This document shows, one piece after another, positions 28,193-39,150 of a DNA stretch of 64,000 bases; positions within the stretch are counted from its first letter, which is position 1; each line of letters begins with the position of its first letter. The notes below the pieces were generated by a model, which was not told where the DNA came from, ran no database searches, and saw nothing but the letters and a program-made list of their open reading frames with translations. This DNA is from an uncultured Prevotella sp. (GTDB lineage: Bacteria > Bacteroidota > Bacteroidia > Bacteroidales > Bacteroidaceae): the NCBI GenBank assembly GCA_946404405.1, contig CAMJDL010000007.1, forward strand, positions 3,711-67,710, written 5' to 3'. A program made the translations under genes and the position numbers.

Positions 28193-31100
28193 ATGGAGTT
28201 CCTGCTGATAGTCGTCATATCGCTTGTGGTGCTTGGTGCTTTGGCTGCCATCTTCTCATTAGGTGGCACGGACGAGCCTATCGTCACGAAGGAAGGTGAC
28301 TGTGCGTCGTGTACCAGCAGGAGCGAATGCAAATTAGCGGAACTGAAGGATGAAAGCGAAAGAAGGAAGAAGGAAGAGGGAAGATGTCAGAAGGATGACG
28401 GAAGAGGGAAGACCGCCGTCATGCTGTTTTGCCTTTTTACCTTTTTACTCTTTACCGCCTGTTCAACGAAGAAAAACACAGCGCAGAACCGTTGGTGGCA
28501 CTCATTCAACGCCCGTTACAACACCTATTTCAATGGTCAGCAGGCCTTTATTGACGGTACTATTGAGAAGGAAAACGGTAATAAGGACAACTACACGGAA
28601 CTGATTCCACTCTATGCCGTAGGCAACAAACAAAGTCGCGATTTGGGCAAGAGTAACTTTTCACGTGCCATCGAGAAATCAGAGAAGGCCATCAAGCAAC
28701 ATAGCATCAAGGCACGACCAGAGTGGAACAAAAGCCGACGGAAGACGCAGAAGGACATCGAATGGCTCTCGCGCAGAGAATACAACCCCTTCATCTGGCG
28801 CGCCTGGCTACTATTGGGTAAGTCGCAATTCCAGCAAGGCGAGTTCGAAGAAGCGGCTGCCACTTTCTCGTACATGACGCGTCTCTATGCCACACAACCT
28901 GCCATTTTGGGTATAGCCCGTGCCTGGCAGGCTAAGAGCTATGTGGAACTGGACTGGATATACGATGCCGAGGACATCATCGTAAAGCAACGTCGCGACA
29001 CGATGCACTTTAGGGCACGTAAGGACTGGGACTTCACGCTGGCCGACTACTATCTGCGTAGCGAGCAATACGACCAAGCCATACCCTATTTACGTCAGGT
29101 CATCAAGCACGAGAAGCGACGCAAACAGAAGGCGCGCGAATGGTTTTTGATGGGACAGTTGCAGGCCAGACAGGGCAATCGTGAGGAGGCCTACAAGGCG
29201 TTCCGTCACGTGACACGACTGAATCCGCCCTACGAAATGGAGTTCAATGCCCGCATAGCCCAGACGGAAGTGATGGCCGAGGGTAATGCCAAGCGCATGA
29301 TTAGTCGCCTGAAACGTATGGCTGCGTCGGACAACAACAAAGACTATTTGGACCAAGTGTATTATGCCATTGGTAACATATACATGGCACAGAAGGACAC
29401 CCTGCAAGCCATAGAAGCCTACGAGCAAGGTGTGAAGAAGGGCACACGCAATGGCATCGAGAAAGGCGTATTGTTGCTTACTTTGGGTAACATTTATTGG
29501 GAACGTGAAAAATATGCCGATGCGCAACGCTGCTATGGCGAGGCCATCGGACTGTTGGATAAAGACCGTCCTGACTACAGCCTGTTGTCATACCGTTCAA
29601 AAGTGCTCGATGAGTTGGCGCCCCACACCAGTGCCGTTGAATTACAGGACTCCCTGCAACGACTGGCTAAGATGAGTGAGGAAGAGCGTCTGAAGGTCAT
29701 CGACAAGATTATTGACGACCTGAAGAAGAAAGAAAAGGAGGAACGACGTGCACAAGAAGAGGCAGAGGCTGAGAAGGAGTTGGCCAAACAGTCGGCAGTA
29801 GGTAACCGCAATCAGACCAACCGCCAACAACAGACGACGACACCTACGCCAACGACGGGCGGTAACGGACTGTGGTACTTCTATAATCCACAGAGTGTGA
29901 ACCAAGGCAAGCGCACCTTTGAACAGCAATGGGGCAAGCGTGAGAATGCCGATGACTGGCAACGCATGAACAAGACGGTGGTAGCCACTACAGCGCAAAC
30001 CACGGAGAATACGGATAGCTTGGAGAATGCAGAAAACCTGGCTGCCAACGGTACTGTTGCCAACGATTCCGTCACTGGCCAAAAGCCAAACGCAGAAGCC
30101 GACAGTCTTGCTAACGACCCGCACAACCGCGAATACTATCTGGCACAGATTCCATTCACCGAGGAGCAGATAGAGGCCAGCAACGTGCTGATTCAGGATG
30201 GATTGTTCCATTCGGGCATCATTTTCAAGGATAAGCTCGACAACCTGACGCTGAGCGAAAGGACACTCAATCGCCTGTTGACACAATTCCCCACCTACGA
30301 GCATAACGATGAAGCACTTTACCACCTCTTCCTGCTTTACTCACGACAACAACGTCAGGAAAAGGCAGACTCATCGTTGGCGCAATTGCAGAGCGACTAT
30401 CCCGAGAGTCAGTGGACCATCTTGTTGAGCGACCCGAACTTCGCTGAGAACCAACGCTTTGGCGTACATATCGAAGACTCGTTATATGCTGCCACCTACG
30501 ATGCTTTCAAGAGTGATCGCTACGACGAGGTTCATGCCAATGCGCAACTCTCCGAAAGCAGATTCCCATTAGGTGCACACCGTCCGAAGTTCCTCTTCGT
30601 AGAAGGTATGGCCTTGTTGAACCAAGGCGATGCCAAGGGCTGTACGGAACGCATGCAACAGGTGGTAGACAAGTATCCACAGAGCGAGGTCACGGAGTTG
30701 GCAGGAATGATTATCAAGGGTGTACAACAAGGCCGACGCCTGCATGGCGGTAAGTTCGACATGGGTGATGTCTGGTCGCGACGCACCATTGACATGGCCA
30801 GCGATTCGACTCGTTCCGATACGCTACGCTTTGAGCGCGAGACAAAGTATGTATTCCTGCTGGCCTACGAGCCCGACTCTGTGAACCAGAACCAATTGTT
30901 GTTCGAAATGGCGAAGCATAACTTCTCGAACTATTTGGTGCGTAACTTCGACATCGAGATGGATCAAGATGCCAACGGACTGTGCCGTATGCTGATTAGC
31001 GGATTCCTCAGTTACGACGAAGCCCGCCAGTATGCACGTGGGTTGCACAATGTAGATGGTCAGCTGTCAACGCTGTTACGAGCCTGTCGCCATCTGATTG

Positions 31101-31381
31101 TGAGTGAGGACAACCTGCGTCTGTTAGGCACATCGTACAGCTATCGCGACTATGAGTTGTTCTTCGAAAAGCAGATAGAACCAGTCGAGATATCCACGCG
31201 TCCGCTACTGGAAGAACCAGAGGTTATCATTCAGGAGGAGGACGACGACGAAGAAGAAGATAACGGTAAAGGCCAAGAGCCAAATACCAGAAGCCAAGAG
31301 CCGACTGACGACCCGATCTTCAACGACGGGCCCGTACAGCAGCAGAACAATTTCCCGGACTTTGACGAAGACTTCTGGTAA
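28193..31381 (+). CDS. TPR lipoprotein, PorW/SprE-like (T9SS), with an unusual N-terminal extension
   Basis: CSTKKNT...WWHSFNARYNTYFNG after a lipobox at residue 90, multiple TPRs, WYFYNP...WGKRENADDW, directly upstream of porX. Confidence 0.75.
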   Translation: MEFLLIVVISLVVLGALAAIFSLGGTDEPIVTKEGDCASCTSRSECKLAELKDESERRKKEEGRCQKDDGRGKTAVMLFCLFTFLLFTACSTKKNTAQNRWWHSFNARYNTYFNGQQAFIDGTIEKENGNKDNYTELIPLYAVGNKQSRDLGKSNFSRAIEKSEKAIKQHSIKARPEWNKSRRKTQKDIEWLSRREYNPFIWRAWLLLGKSQFQQGEFEEAAATFSYMTRLYATQPAILGIARAWQAKSYVELDWIYDAEDIIVKQRRDTMHFRARKDWDFTLADYYLRSEQYDQAIPYLRQVIKHEKRRKQKAREWFLMGQLQARQGNREEAYKAFRHVTRLNPPYEMEFNARIAQTEVMAEGNAKRMISRLKRMAASDNNKDYLDQVYYAIGNIYMAQKDTLQAIEAYEQGVKKGTRNGIEKGVLLLTLGNIYWEREKYADAQRCYGEAIGLLDKDRPDYSLLSYRSKVLDELAPHTSAVELQDSLQRLAKMSEEERLKVIDKIIDDLKKKEKEERRAQEEAEAEKELAKQSAVGNRNQTNRQQQTTTPTPTTGGNGLWYFYNPQSVNQGKRTFEQQWGKRENADDWQRMNKTVVATTAQTTENTDSLENAENLAANGTVANDSVTGQKPNAEADSLANDPHNREYYLAQIPFTEEQIEASNVLIQDGLFHSGIIFKDKLDNLTLSERTLNRLLTQFPTYEHNDEALYHLFLLYSRQQRQEKADSSLAQLQSDYPESQWTILLSDPNFAENQRFGVHIEDSLYAATYDAFKSDRYDEVHANAQLSESRFPLGAHRPKFLFVEGMALLNQGDAKGCTERMQQVVDKYPQSEVTELAGMIIKGVQQGRRLHGGKFDMGDVWSRRTIDMASDSTRSDTLRFERETKYVFLLAYEPDSVNQNQLLFEMAKHNFSNYLVRNFDIEMDQDANGLCRMLISGFLSYDEARQYARGLHNVDGQLSTLLRACRHLIVSEDNLRLLGTSYSYRDYELFFEKQIEPVEISTRPLLEEPEVIIQEEDDDEEEDNGKGQEPNTRSQEPTDDPIFNDGPVQQQNNFPDFDEDFW

Positions 31382-31383
31382 AT

Positions 31384-31432
31384 CATCGAAACATCGAAAC
31401 ATCGAAACATCGAAATAACGAAATATCGAAAT
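31384..31432 (+). repeat. 8-bp tandem repeat (CATCGAAA) x about 6
   Basis: catcgaaa catcgaaa catcgaaa catcgaaa taacgaaa tatcgaaa fills the porW-porX spacer. Confidence 0.9.
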
Positions 31433-31436
31433 AAAT

Positions 31437-32984
31437 ATGAATAACGGCTTATTACTTTGGGCTGACGACGAGATGGAGCTGCTACGCGCCCATCTGCTGT
31501 TCCTGGAAAAGAAAGGTTACGAAGTGGTGACGGTGACCAATGGAACCGATGCCATTGAGGAGTGCAAGAACCGTACCTTCGACTTGGTGCTGCTCGACGA
31601 GATGATGCCTGGACTCTCAGGACTGGAGACGCTGCAGCGCATCAAAGAGCTGTCGCCACAGACCCCTGTGGTAATGGTCACCAAGAGCGAAGAAGAGGAC
31701 ATCATGAATCAGGCCATCGGACAACAGATAGCCGACTACCTCATCAAACCCGTCAACCCCAACCAGATACTGCTGACGCTGAAGAAGAACATCCATCGTC
31801 GCGAAATCGTGACAGAGACGGTACAGACCAACTATCAGCAACAGTTCCAACAGCTATCAATGCAGATTATGGACTGCAGCAGTTGGCAGGACTGGGCCGA
31901 CATCTATCGAAAACTGGTGCGCTGGGAACTGGAACTGAGCCAGACAGATTCGCAGATGACGGAGATGCTGGAAATGCAGAAACAGGAAGCCAATCGAGGC
32001 TTTGCCAAATACATCAAGAAGAACTATCTGGACTGGGTGCAGGGCAGCCCCCATCCCCTGATGTCGAACGAGATATTCAAGAACAAAGTATTCCCATTGC
32101 TCAACGAGGGCGAAAAGGTATTCCTCGTGGTGCTCGACAATTTCCGTTATGACCAGTGGAAAGTACTGGAACAAGAGCTGGCAGCAGACTTCGTTATTGA
32201 CGAAGACTTGTATTGCAGCATCCTGCCTACTGCCACACAATATGCGCGAAACGCCATCTTCTCTGGTCTGATGCCCGACCAAATTGCCAAGATGTTTCCT
32301 GACCTTTGGGTTGACGAAGACGAGGAGGAAGGCAAGAACCTGAACGAGGAACCGCTGATACAGACACAGCTGGAGCGCTATCGCAGGAAGAACACGTTCT
32401 CGTACCATAAAATCAATACGTCGCAGGAGGCCGACCGATTCATGCAGCAGATGAATACGTTGAGCAAGAACGACCTGAACGTGGTGGTGTTCAACTTCAT
32501 CGATATGCTCAGTCATGCCCGTACGGAGTCGAAGATGGTGCGCGAGTTGGCCAACAACGAGAGTGCCTATCGAAGCATCACGCTGTCGTGGTTCCGCCAT
32601 TCTGTCATTGCCGACCTGTTCCGCCAATTATCACAGACAGACTATCGCGTCATCATCACCACCGATCATGGATCGATACGTGCCAACAATCCCGTGAAGA
32701 TTGTAGGCGACCGCAATACCAACACCAACCTGCGCTATAAGTTGGGCAAGAATCTGGCTTACGACTCTAAAGACCTCTTTGTCATCAAGGAACCTCGCAA
32801 GGCCATGCTGCCGGCGCCCAACATATCGACCAGCTACGTGTTTGCTACAGGCGACGACTTCTTCGCCTACCCTAACAACTACAACTACTACGTCAGCTAC
32901 TATCGTAACACGTTCCAGCATGGAGGCATCTCGATGGAAGAAATGCTGATACCGATTATAACATTAAAAGGAAAGAAAAGATAG
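31437..32984 (+). CDS. porX: PorX response regulator (REC + PglZ/alkaline-phosphatase domain)
   Basis: [14 protein letters not shown] receiver domain, [29 protein letters not shown] and [11 protein letters not shown], adjacent to tsaE. Confidence 0.9.
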   Translation: MNNGLLLWADDEMELLRAHLLFLEKKGYEVVTVTNGTDAIEECKNRTFDLVLLDEMMPGLSGLETLQRIKELSPQTPVVMVTKSEEEDIMNQAIGQQIADYLIKPVNPNQILLTLKKNIHRREIVTETVQTNYQQQFQQLSMQIMDCSSWQDWADIYRKLVRWELELSQTDSQMTEMLEMQKQEANRGFAKYIKKNYLDWVQGSPHPLMSNEIFKNKVFPLLNEGEKVFLVVLDNFRYDQWKVLEQELAADFVIDEDLYCSILPTATQYARNAIFSGLMPDQIAKMFPDLWVDEDEEEGKNLNEEPLIQTQLERYRRKNTFSYHKINTSQEADRFMQQMNTLSKNDLNVVVFNFIDMLSHARTESKMVRELANNESAYRSITLSWFRHSVIADLFRQLSQTDYRVIITTDHGSIRANNPVKIVGDRNTNTNLRYKLGKNLAYDSKDLFVIKEPRKAMLPAPNISTSYVFATGDDFFAYPNNYNYYVSYYRNTFQHGGISMEEMLIPIITLKGKKR

Positions 32985-32991
32985 TCTCCAA

Positions 32992-33438
32992 ATGAGAAAT
33001 GAAGAAATGGAAATACGTATTATAGACATAGAACATATTCGCGAGGCGGCTCGCGAATTTATCGGGCATATTGGCGACCATCGTGTATTTGCCTTCTACG
33101 GCAAGATGGGAGCAGGCAAGACAACTTTCGTCAAAGCCATCTGCGAAGAATTGGGCGTCGAGGATGTCATCACATCGCCCACCTTCGCCATCATCAACGA
33201 GTACGGTTTGGAAAACGTTCAACGTTCAACGTTCAACGTTCAACGTATCTACCACTTCGACTTTTACCGTATCAAGAAGCTGGAGGAGGTGTACGATATG
33301 GGGTATGAGGACTACTTCTATAGTGGTGCACTCTGCTTTATCGAGTGGCCCGAGCTTATAGAAGAAATCCTGCCCGACGATGCTGTACGTGTCAGCATCG
33401 ACGAGCAGGAAGACGGTAGCAGGATAGTCAGCTTTTAG
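32992..33438 (+). CDS. tsaE: tRNA threonylcarbamoyladenosine biosynthesis ATPase TsaE
   Basis: [20 protein letters not shown] and FIEWPE. Confidence 0.95.
   Translation: MRNEEMEIRIIDIEHIREAAREFIGHIGDHRVFAFYGKMGAGKTTFVKAICEELGVEDVITSPTFAIINEYGLENVQRSTFNVQRIYHFDFYRIKKLEEVYDMGYEDYFYSGALCFIEWPELIEEILPDDAVRVSIDEQEDGSRIVSF
33214..33246 (+). repeat. Heptamer array (AACGTTC) x4.7 inside tsaE
   Basis: Perfect tandem array translated as [11 protein letters not shown]. Confidence 0.92.
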
Positions 33439-33450
33439 CTATAGCTAATT

Positions 33451-33765
33451 TTACAGCAGGGCGTCGAACTTCTCCTGGATACGGGCCTTGGCCTGAGCAC
33501 CAACCATCTTGTCAACTACCTGGCCACCTTTAATGAAGAGGATGGTGGGGATGTTGCGGATACCAAACTCCATAGCCAGGTCCTCATTTTCCTCAACGTC
33601 GCACTTGCCAACAACAATACGACCATCGTACTCCTGAGCAAGTTCAGAAATCACTGGGCCTACCATACGGCAAGGGCCACACCATGTTGCCCAGAAATCA
33701 ACAACTAATGGCTGTGCGCCATTCTTCAGGCTCTCGAAATTCTCACTTGTGATTGTTACTTCCAT
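33451..33765 (-). CDS. trxA: Thioredoxin
   Basis: VDFWATWCGPC and IRNIPT. Confidence 0.96.
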   Translation of the reverse strand: MEVTITSENFESLKNGAQPLVVDFWATWCGPCRMVGPVISELAQEYDGRIVVGKCDVEENEDLAMEFGIRNIPTILFIKGGQVVDKMVGAQAKARIQEKFDALL

Positions 33766-33790
33766 AATCTTTTTATTTTTAGGATGAATA

Positions 33791-36700
33791 CTAATTTATC
33801 TTATAGTCCAATGCTGGTGTCTGCTCAATAAAGTGTATCAGACAGCTCTTCACGTCGATATTCTTCGTGGTGCTACGCAACAGCACATGCTTCTTACCCG
33901 TAGAGTCGTGCAACTGCACAAACAGACTGGTATTGCCTGAATTCTCAGCTATCAGCTCAGCCAATTCGGCCACGATCTGGTCGTCGAGCATATCAGCCGA
34001 CATTGAAATGGTGATACGGTCGATTGCCTTGTCTTTCACCGTCTGCAGGAACTCCACACCAGTAATCTTAAGGTCCTTGGGACCATCGGCATTATAGCTG
34101 AAACGCGGTTTTATCTTGCCTGTGACATAGACAGAAGCACCAATGGTAAAGAAGCCCGACTTGTCGCCCCAGTCCTCGCCAAACAACGCCAGTTCGCCAG
34201 AGCCCTCAAAGTCTTCAAGGGTCACGATGCCATAAGGTTTACCGTTCTTGGTAAAACCTGTACGCACGTTGGTCACGATGCCACCCAAGATAACATCCTC
34301 ACGATCAGTCAGCTTAGTGACGTCGGCCAGTTCCTGACAACGCGTGTTACAAAGGTTGTCGAGCACTATCTTATACTCGTCAAGCGGATGAGCAGAGAGG
34401 TAGATGCCCACCAGTTCGCGCTCCTTATTCAGACGTTCAATGTCGCTCCAGCGATCATCCGTCTTGGGAACTGCAGGACGCTGTATATCGATGTCGCCAT
34501 CGCCAAACAGCGAGAAGCGAGCTTCCTGCTTCTCGGTCTGATAGTTCTGGCCATAACGCATAACGATATCAATAAACGACTCTCCCTTGGCATTCTGGGC
34601 AAAGAAGTCCTCACGACGGATACCAAACGAGTCGAAGCCACCGCTGAGGGCCAAAGCTTCAAAGGCCTTGCGATTGACCTGAGCGAAATTGATGCGCTCT
34701 ACGAAATCGAACATATCCTTATAGGGGCCATTCTTCTCGCGTTCGTCGATAATGGCTTGTGCCACACCATCGCCCATGCCCTTGATGGCAGCCAATCCGA
34801 AGCGTATCTCACCCTTCTTGTTGACACCAAACTTCTGGTACGACTCATTGACATCAGGACCCAACGTATCGATTCCCATCTGCTTACATTCGTCCATCAA
34901 CTTGGTGATTTCCGTAATCTGGTCGCGACGTCTCGACATGATAGCAGCCATGAACTCGGCTGGATAGTTAGCTTTCAGGTAAGCTGTCTGATAGGCCACC
35001 CACGAATAACATGCTGCATGCGACTTGTTGAAGGCGTAGGATGCGAACTTCTCCCAGTCAGCCCAAATCTTTTCCAGTATCTTCGGGTCATGGCCATTCT
35101 TCTTACCGCCTTCAACGAACTTAGGCTTCATGGCATCGACGATATCCTTTTTCTTCTTACCCATGGCCTTACGCAAGGCGTCACTCTCACCACGGGTAAA
35201 GTCAGCCAACTGACGCGACAGCAACATCACCTGCTCCTGATAGACGGTAATGCCATAGGTATCCTTCAAGTATTTCTCCATACAGGGAATATCATACTTG
35301 ATCTCCTCCTTGCCGTTCTTACGGGCGATAAACGAAGGAATGTAATCCATAGGCCCCGGACGATAGAGGGCATTCATGGCGATGAGGTCTTCGAACACGG
35401 TAGGATGTAGTTCGCGCAGGTATTTCTGCATACCAGCCGACTCAAACTGGAACGTACCGATGGTGCGCCCCTGCTGATAGAGTTCAAAGGTCTTGGGGTC
35501 GTCGATGGGAATGGTGTCCAAGTCAATATCGATGCCTCGCGTCTGTTTGATGACTGCACAGGCCTCTTTCATCTCAGACAGCGTCTTCAGTCCAAGGAAG
35601 TCCATCTTAATCAAGCCCGTCGACTCGATGACGTGACCATCGTACTGTGTACAGTTTGTCTTCGTATCCTTGAAATCAGGGTCGTCAGCTGTCGAAACGG
35701 GCACCCAGTCACTAATCGGGTCACGGCAGATAATGAAGCCACAGGCGTGAATACCCGTACCACGAACGGTACCCTCCAGCATCTTGGCATACTTGATAGA
35801 GTTGCGCAGGGCCGGGTCTGTGCTGGCCTCAGCATCCCGTAACTCAGGTGTACACTTGATCGCGTTAGGCAGATTCATCTTCATACCATCTGGCAAACGG
35901 TCAGGAATGGCCTTGCACAAGGCATTGACAATGCTCAACGGCACCTTCTCCACACGTGCCACATCCTTGATGGAGTTCTTAGTGGCCATCGTCGCATAGG
36001 TGATGATATGCGCACAATTCTCGTGCCCATACTTATCCTCTACCCACTTCAAGACCTTACCGCGTCCATCGTCGTCGAAGTCGGTATCGATATCAGGCAG
36101 CGAGATACGGTCAGGGTTCAGGAAACGTTCGAACAGCAAGTCGTATTTCAGCGGGTCTATCTTCGTGATACCCAGACAGTAAGCCACCACAGAACCTGCA
36201 GCAGATCCACGTCCAGGACCGACCATCACGCCTAACTCGTCACGGGCGCTATTGATGAAGTCCTGCACAATGAGGAAGTAGCCAGGGAAACCCATCGTCT
36301 TCATGATATGCAGTTCGAAGCGCACACGGTCGTCAACCTCCTGAGGCAATGGCGTGCCATAGCGCCGCGCTGCACCTTCGTAGGCCAGTTTGGCCAAATA
36401 GTCGGCCTCGAATTTGATGCGGTACAGCTTGTCGTAACCACCTAACTTCTTGATTTTCTTCTCGCCTTCCTCCTGCGGCAACTGGTTCTCGCCATTCTCG
36501 TCGCTGGTAAACTCCTTGAACAGGTCGTCCTCGGTAAACTTCTGGCGCCACTGTTCCTCAGTACCGAATTCCTCAGGAATGGGGAAAAAGGGCATGATGG
36601 GATCGTGGTCGATACTGTATATCTCTACCTTATCTAATATTTCAAGGGTATTCGACAGCGCTTCAGGCACATCGCTGAACACGTCGTTCATCTCTTCGCG

Positions 36701-37504
36701 GGTCTTGAACCACTCCTGCTTGGAATAGAGCATACGTGTGGGGTCGTCCAAATCCTTCGACGTGGCCAGACACAGCAGGTGGTCGTGGGCCTCAGCATTC
36801 TCCTGATCCACGAAGTGGGCATCGTTGGTACACACCAGTTTGATGCCATACTCACGAGCCAGTTCAATAAGCACTTTGTTGGCCTGTTCCTGCATGGGAT
36901 AGGTCTCGCGATTGGCACGGATGGTGGGGTCTTTGACCTGATGGCGCTGCAACTCCAGATAGTAGTCGTCTCCAAATACGCGCTTGTGCCACTCGATGGC
37001 CTCGCGGGCACCGGCAATGTCACCATTCAGAATCTTCTTAGGCACCTCGCCGGCAATACAGGCTGAGCAGACTATCAGACCTTCGTGGTATTTTTCCAAG
37101 TCCTCACGATCGGTTCGTGGACGCATATAAAAGCCGTCCACCCACGAACGACTTACCAACTTAATCAGATTCTTATATCCTTGATAATTCTTGGCAAGCA
37201 CAATGAGGTGATAACCACCCTGGTGTTTCTTGTCGTCCTTCAGCAGTTTCGAACCATAGCGCGACACATACATCTCACAACCAAAGATGGGTTTGAAGGG
37301 TTCCAAGCCTTCCTTCTTACGTCCCTTATTGATGCCGCCCACATAGTCGTGAAATTCCTTGATGCCAAACATATCGCCATGATCGGTAATAGCCATGCCT
37401 CGCATACCATTGCCGATGGCCTTGTCTACAAGTCGTTTGATGCTAGATTGGCCATCTAATATAGAGTAATATGTGTGTACATGCAAATGTATGAAATCTT
37501 CCAT
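33791..37504 (-). CDS. dnaE: DNA polymerase III alpha subunit
   Basis: HLHVHTYYSILDG PHP domain, GPGRGSAAGS, PDIDTDF, KMDFLGL, YAFNKSHA and OB-fold. Confidence 0.98.
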   Translation of the reverse strand: MEDFIHLHVHTYYSILDGQSSIKRLVDKAIGNGMRGMAITDHGDMFGIKEFHDYVGGINKGRKKEGLEPFKPIFGCEMYVSRYGSKLLKDDKKHQGGYHLIVLAKNYQGYKNLIKLVSRSWVDGFYMRPRTDREDLEKYHEGLIVCSACIAGEVPKKILNGDIAGAREAIEWHKRVFGDDYYLELQRHQVKDPTIRANRETYPMQEQANKVLIELAREYGIKLVCTNDAHFVDQENAEAHDHLLCLATSKDLDDPTRMLYSKQEWFKTREEMNDVFSDVPEALSNTLEILDKVEIYSIDHDPIMPFFPIPEEFGTEEQWRQKFTEDDLFKEFTSDENGENQLPQEEGEKKIKKLGGYDKLYRIKFEADYLAKLAYEGAARRYGTPLPQEVDDRVRFELHIMKTMGFPGYFLIVQDFINSARDELGVMVGPGRGSAAGSVVAYCLGITKIDPLKYDLLFERFLNPDRISLPDIDTDFDDDGRGKVLKWVEDKYGHENCAHIITYATMATKNSIKDVARVEKVPLSIVNALCKAIPDRLPDGMKMNLPNAIKCTPELRDAEASTDPALRNSIKYAKMLEGTVRGTGIHACGFIICRDPISDWVPVSTADDPDFKDTKTNCTQYDGHVIESTGLIKMDFLGLKTLSEMKEACAVIKQTRGIDIDLDTIPIDDPKTFELYQQGRTIGTFQFESAGMQKYLRELHPTVFEDLIAMNALYRPGPMDYIPSFIARKNGKEEIKYDIPCMEKYLKDTYGITVYQEQVMLLSRQLADFTRGESDALRKAMGKKKKDIVDAMKPKFVEGGKKNGHDPKILEKIWADWEKFASYAFNKSHAACYSWVAYQTAYLKANYPAEFMAAIMSRRRDQITEITKLMDECKQMGIDTLGPDVNESYQKFGVNKKGEIRFGLAAIKGMGDGVAQAIIDEREKNGPYKDMFDFVERINFAQVNRKAFEALALSGGFDSFGIRREDFFAQNAKGESFIDIVMRYGQNYQTEKQEARFSLFGDGDIDIQRPAVPKTDDRWSDIERLNKERELVGIYLSAHPLDEYKIVLDNLCNTRCQELADVTKLTDREDVILGGIVTNVRTGFTKNGKPYGIVTLEDFEGSGELALFGEDWGDKSGFFTIGASVYVTGKIKPRFSYNADGPKDLKITGVEFLQTVKDKAIDRITISMSADMLDDQIVAELAELIAENSGNTSLFVQLHDSTGKKHVLLRSTTKNIDVKSCLIHFIEQTPALDYKIN

Positions 37505-37679
37505 AAAGATGTGTCTTCTTATCGTTTTTGAGGTGTAAAGATACTACGAAAAGCCGAAATAACCAAAAAAATTCATAATTATTAAGGCCAATTCCAAAAT
37601 TCTTCACTTTTAACTTTTCACTTTTCACTTTTTTTTGTACCTTTGCATTTTGAAAGCAAACATATTCTGCTACTGACTC

Positions 37680-38396
37680 ATGGGAGAAAAGATACAAAGA
37701 ATAAAGAAACTCAAGAAAATTAGAATACATCGTGAAGGCACAGGCGAGTTGTGGTATAGCGGACTCACCATACTTACCATCAATTTGGTTCTATGGTTTG
37801 CCCTCGGTACTATTCATCCTATTGCCCGTCACATTGTGATGCCTGTCACCTGTGGTATTGGAGCCTTCATCTGGCTGTCAATGCTCAACTTCTACCGTTG
37901 TCCTATCCGCTATTTCAATGGTGATACGGAACATTTGGTGGTAGCACCTGCCGATGGTAAGATTGTAGTGGTGGAAGAAGTTGACGAGCACGTGTATTTC
38001 CACGACAAGCGCCTCATGATCAGTATCTTTATGAGTCCGCTGAATGTACATGCTAACTGGTTCCCCGTCGATGGCAAGGTGAAGTTTGTCAAGCATTTTA
38101 ATGGTAACTACCATAAGGCTTGGCTACCCAAGGCCAGCGAAGAGAACGAGCATGCCGACATCATGATTGAGACGCCTGACGGTCAGGACATTCTGGTACG
38201 CCAGATTGCCGGTGCTGTAGCGCGTCGTATCGTCACTTATGCCAAGGAGGATGAGGAGTGCTATATCGACGAGCACTTAGGCTTTATTAAATTAGGTTCG
38301 CGCGTAGACGTGTATCTGCCGATGACTGCTCGTGCCTGTGTCACAATGAACCAGCCTACAACTGGCGACCAAACAGTCATTGCCAAATTGGCGTAA
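37680..38396 (+). CDS. psd: Phosphatidylserine decarboxylase proenzyme
   Basis: [29 protein letters not shown] and KLGSRVD cleavage motif. Confidence 0.93.
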   Translation: MGEKIQRIKKLKKIRIHREGTGELWYSGLTILTINLVLWFALGTIHPIARHIVMPVTCGIGAFIWLSMLNFYRCPIRYFNGDTEHLVVAPADGKIVVVEEVDEHVYFHDKRLMISIFMSPLNVHANWFPVDGKVKFVKHFNGNYHKAWLPKASEENEHADIMIETPDGQDILVRQIAGAVARRIVTYAKEDEECYIDEHLGFIKLGSRVDVYLPMTARACVTMNQPTTGDQTVIAKLA

Positions 38397-38400
38397 CAGC

Positions 38401-38435
38401 GTTCAATGTTCAACGTTCAATGTTCAACGTTCAAT
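38401..38435 (+). repeat. Heptamer array (GTTCAAY) x5
   Basis: gttcaat gttcaac gttcaat gttcaac gttcaat fills the psd-pssA spacer, same family as the tsaE array. Confidence 0.9.
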
Positions 38436-39113
38436 ATGAAGAAGCATATCCCCAATACGATAACTTGTCTGAATCTGATTTCGGGCTGCATAGCCACTTA
38501 TTATGCATTTCAGGCAGACTATAGCATGGCACTGCTGTTTATCGTCATCGGTGCCGTATTCGATTTCTTCGACGGTATGTCGGCACGTCTGCTGCACGTA
38601 TCTTCCCCTATTGGCAAGGAGCTCGACTCATTGGCTGACGACATCACTTTTGGCTTTGCACCATCGGCCATTGTGTTCAGCTTCCTCTGTTCCTTCCATA
38701 TCCATCTGCCGTTTCTGCCCTTCTTGGCTTTCATCATGGCAGCCTTCTCGGCACTGCGACTGGCCAAATTCAACCTTGACGAACGACAGGTCTTAGGGTT
38801 TATCGGTCTGCCGACACCTGCCAATGCCCTATTCTGGGGAGCACTTATCGTAGGATTGGGCGACCGTATTGCCACCCTACCCTATGTCATGTACATTATG
38901 CTGGCAGGCATACTAATCAGTTCATACCTGTTGGTAAGTGAGATACCTATGTTTGCCCTCAAATTCAAAACGTGGGGATGGAAAGGCAACGAAGTGAAAT
39001 ACATCTTCCTGATTACCTGCATTCCCCTGCTATTATTGTTAGGCGTAAGCGGACTGGCAGCTATCATTGCCTGGTACGTCATCCTATCTGTGATTCACGA
39101 TAAATTCTATTAG
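38436..39113 (+). CDS. pssA: CDP-diacylglycerol--serine O-phosphatidyltransferase
   Basis: IPNTITCLN and DFFDGMSAR...GKELDSLAD CDP-alcohol motif. Start moved to ATG 38436 because the upstream extension is translated repeat. Confidence 0.93.
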   Translation: MKKHIPNTITCLNLISGCIATYYAFQADYSMALLFIVIGAVFDFFDGMSARLLHVSSPIGKELDSLADDITFGFAPSAIVFSFLCSFHIHLPFLPFLAFIMAAFSALRLAKFNLDERQVLGFIGLPTPANALFWGALIVGLGDRIATLPYVMYIMLAGILISSYLLVSEIPMFALKFKTWGWKGNEVKYIFLITCIPLLLLLGVSGLAAIIAWYVILSVIHDKFY

Positions 39114-39150
39114 AAAGTACCAATTACTAACTACTAATCATATAAAGACT

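Noticed and set aside
31437-32984. BREX defence system (PglZ domain)
   Set aside because: REC-PglZ next to tsaE is the T9SS regulator PorX, and no other brx genes are present.
2420-35410. Long antisense ORFs (e.g. 2420-3247, 12467-13411, 16904-18034, 34388-35410)
   Set aside because: They are shadows of well-supported genes on the opposite strand and have no recognisable motifs.
36400-36580. Possible intein or mobile insertion in dnaE
   Set aside because: The extra segment is short, lacks intein C1/HN motifs and looks like a lineage-typical insertion after the PHP domain.
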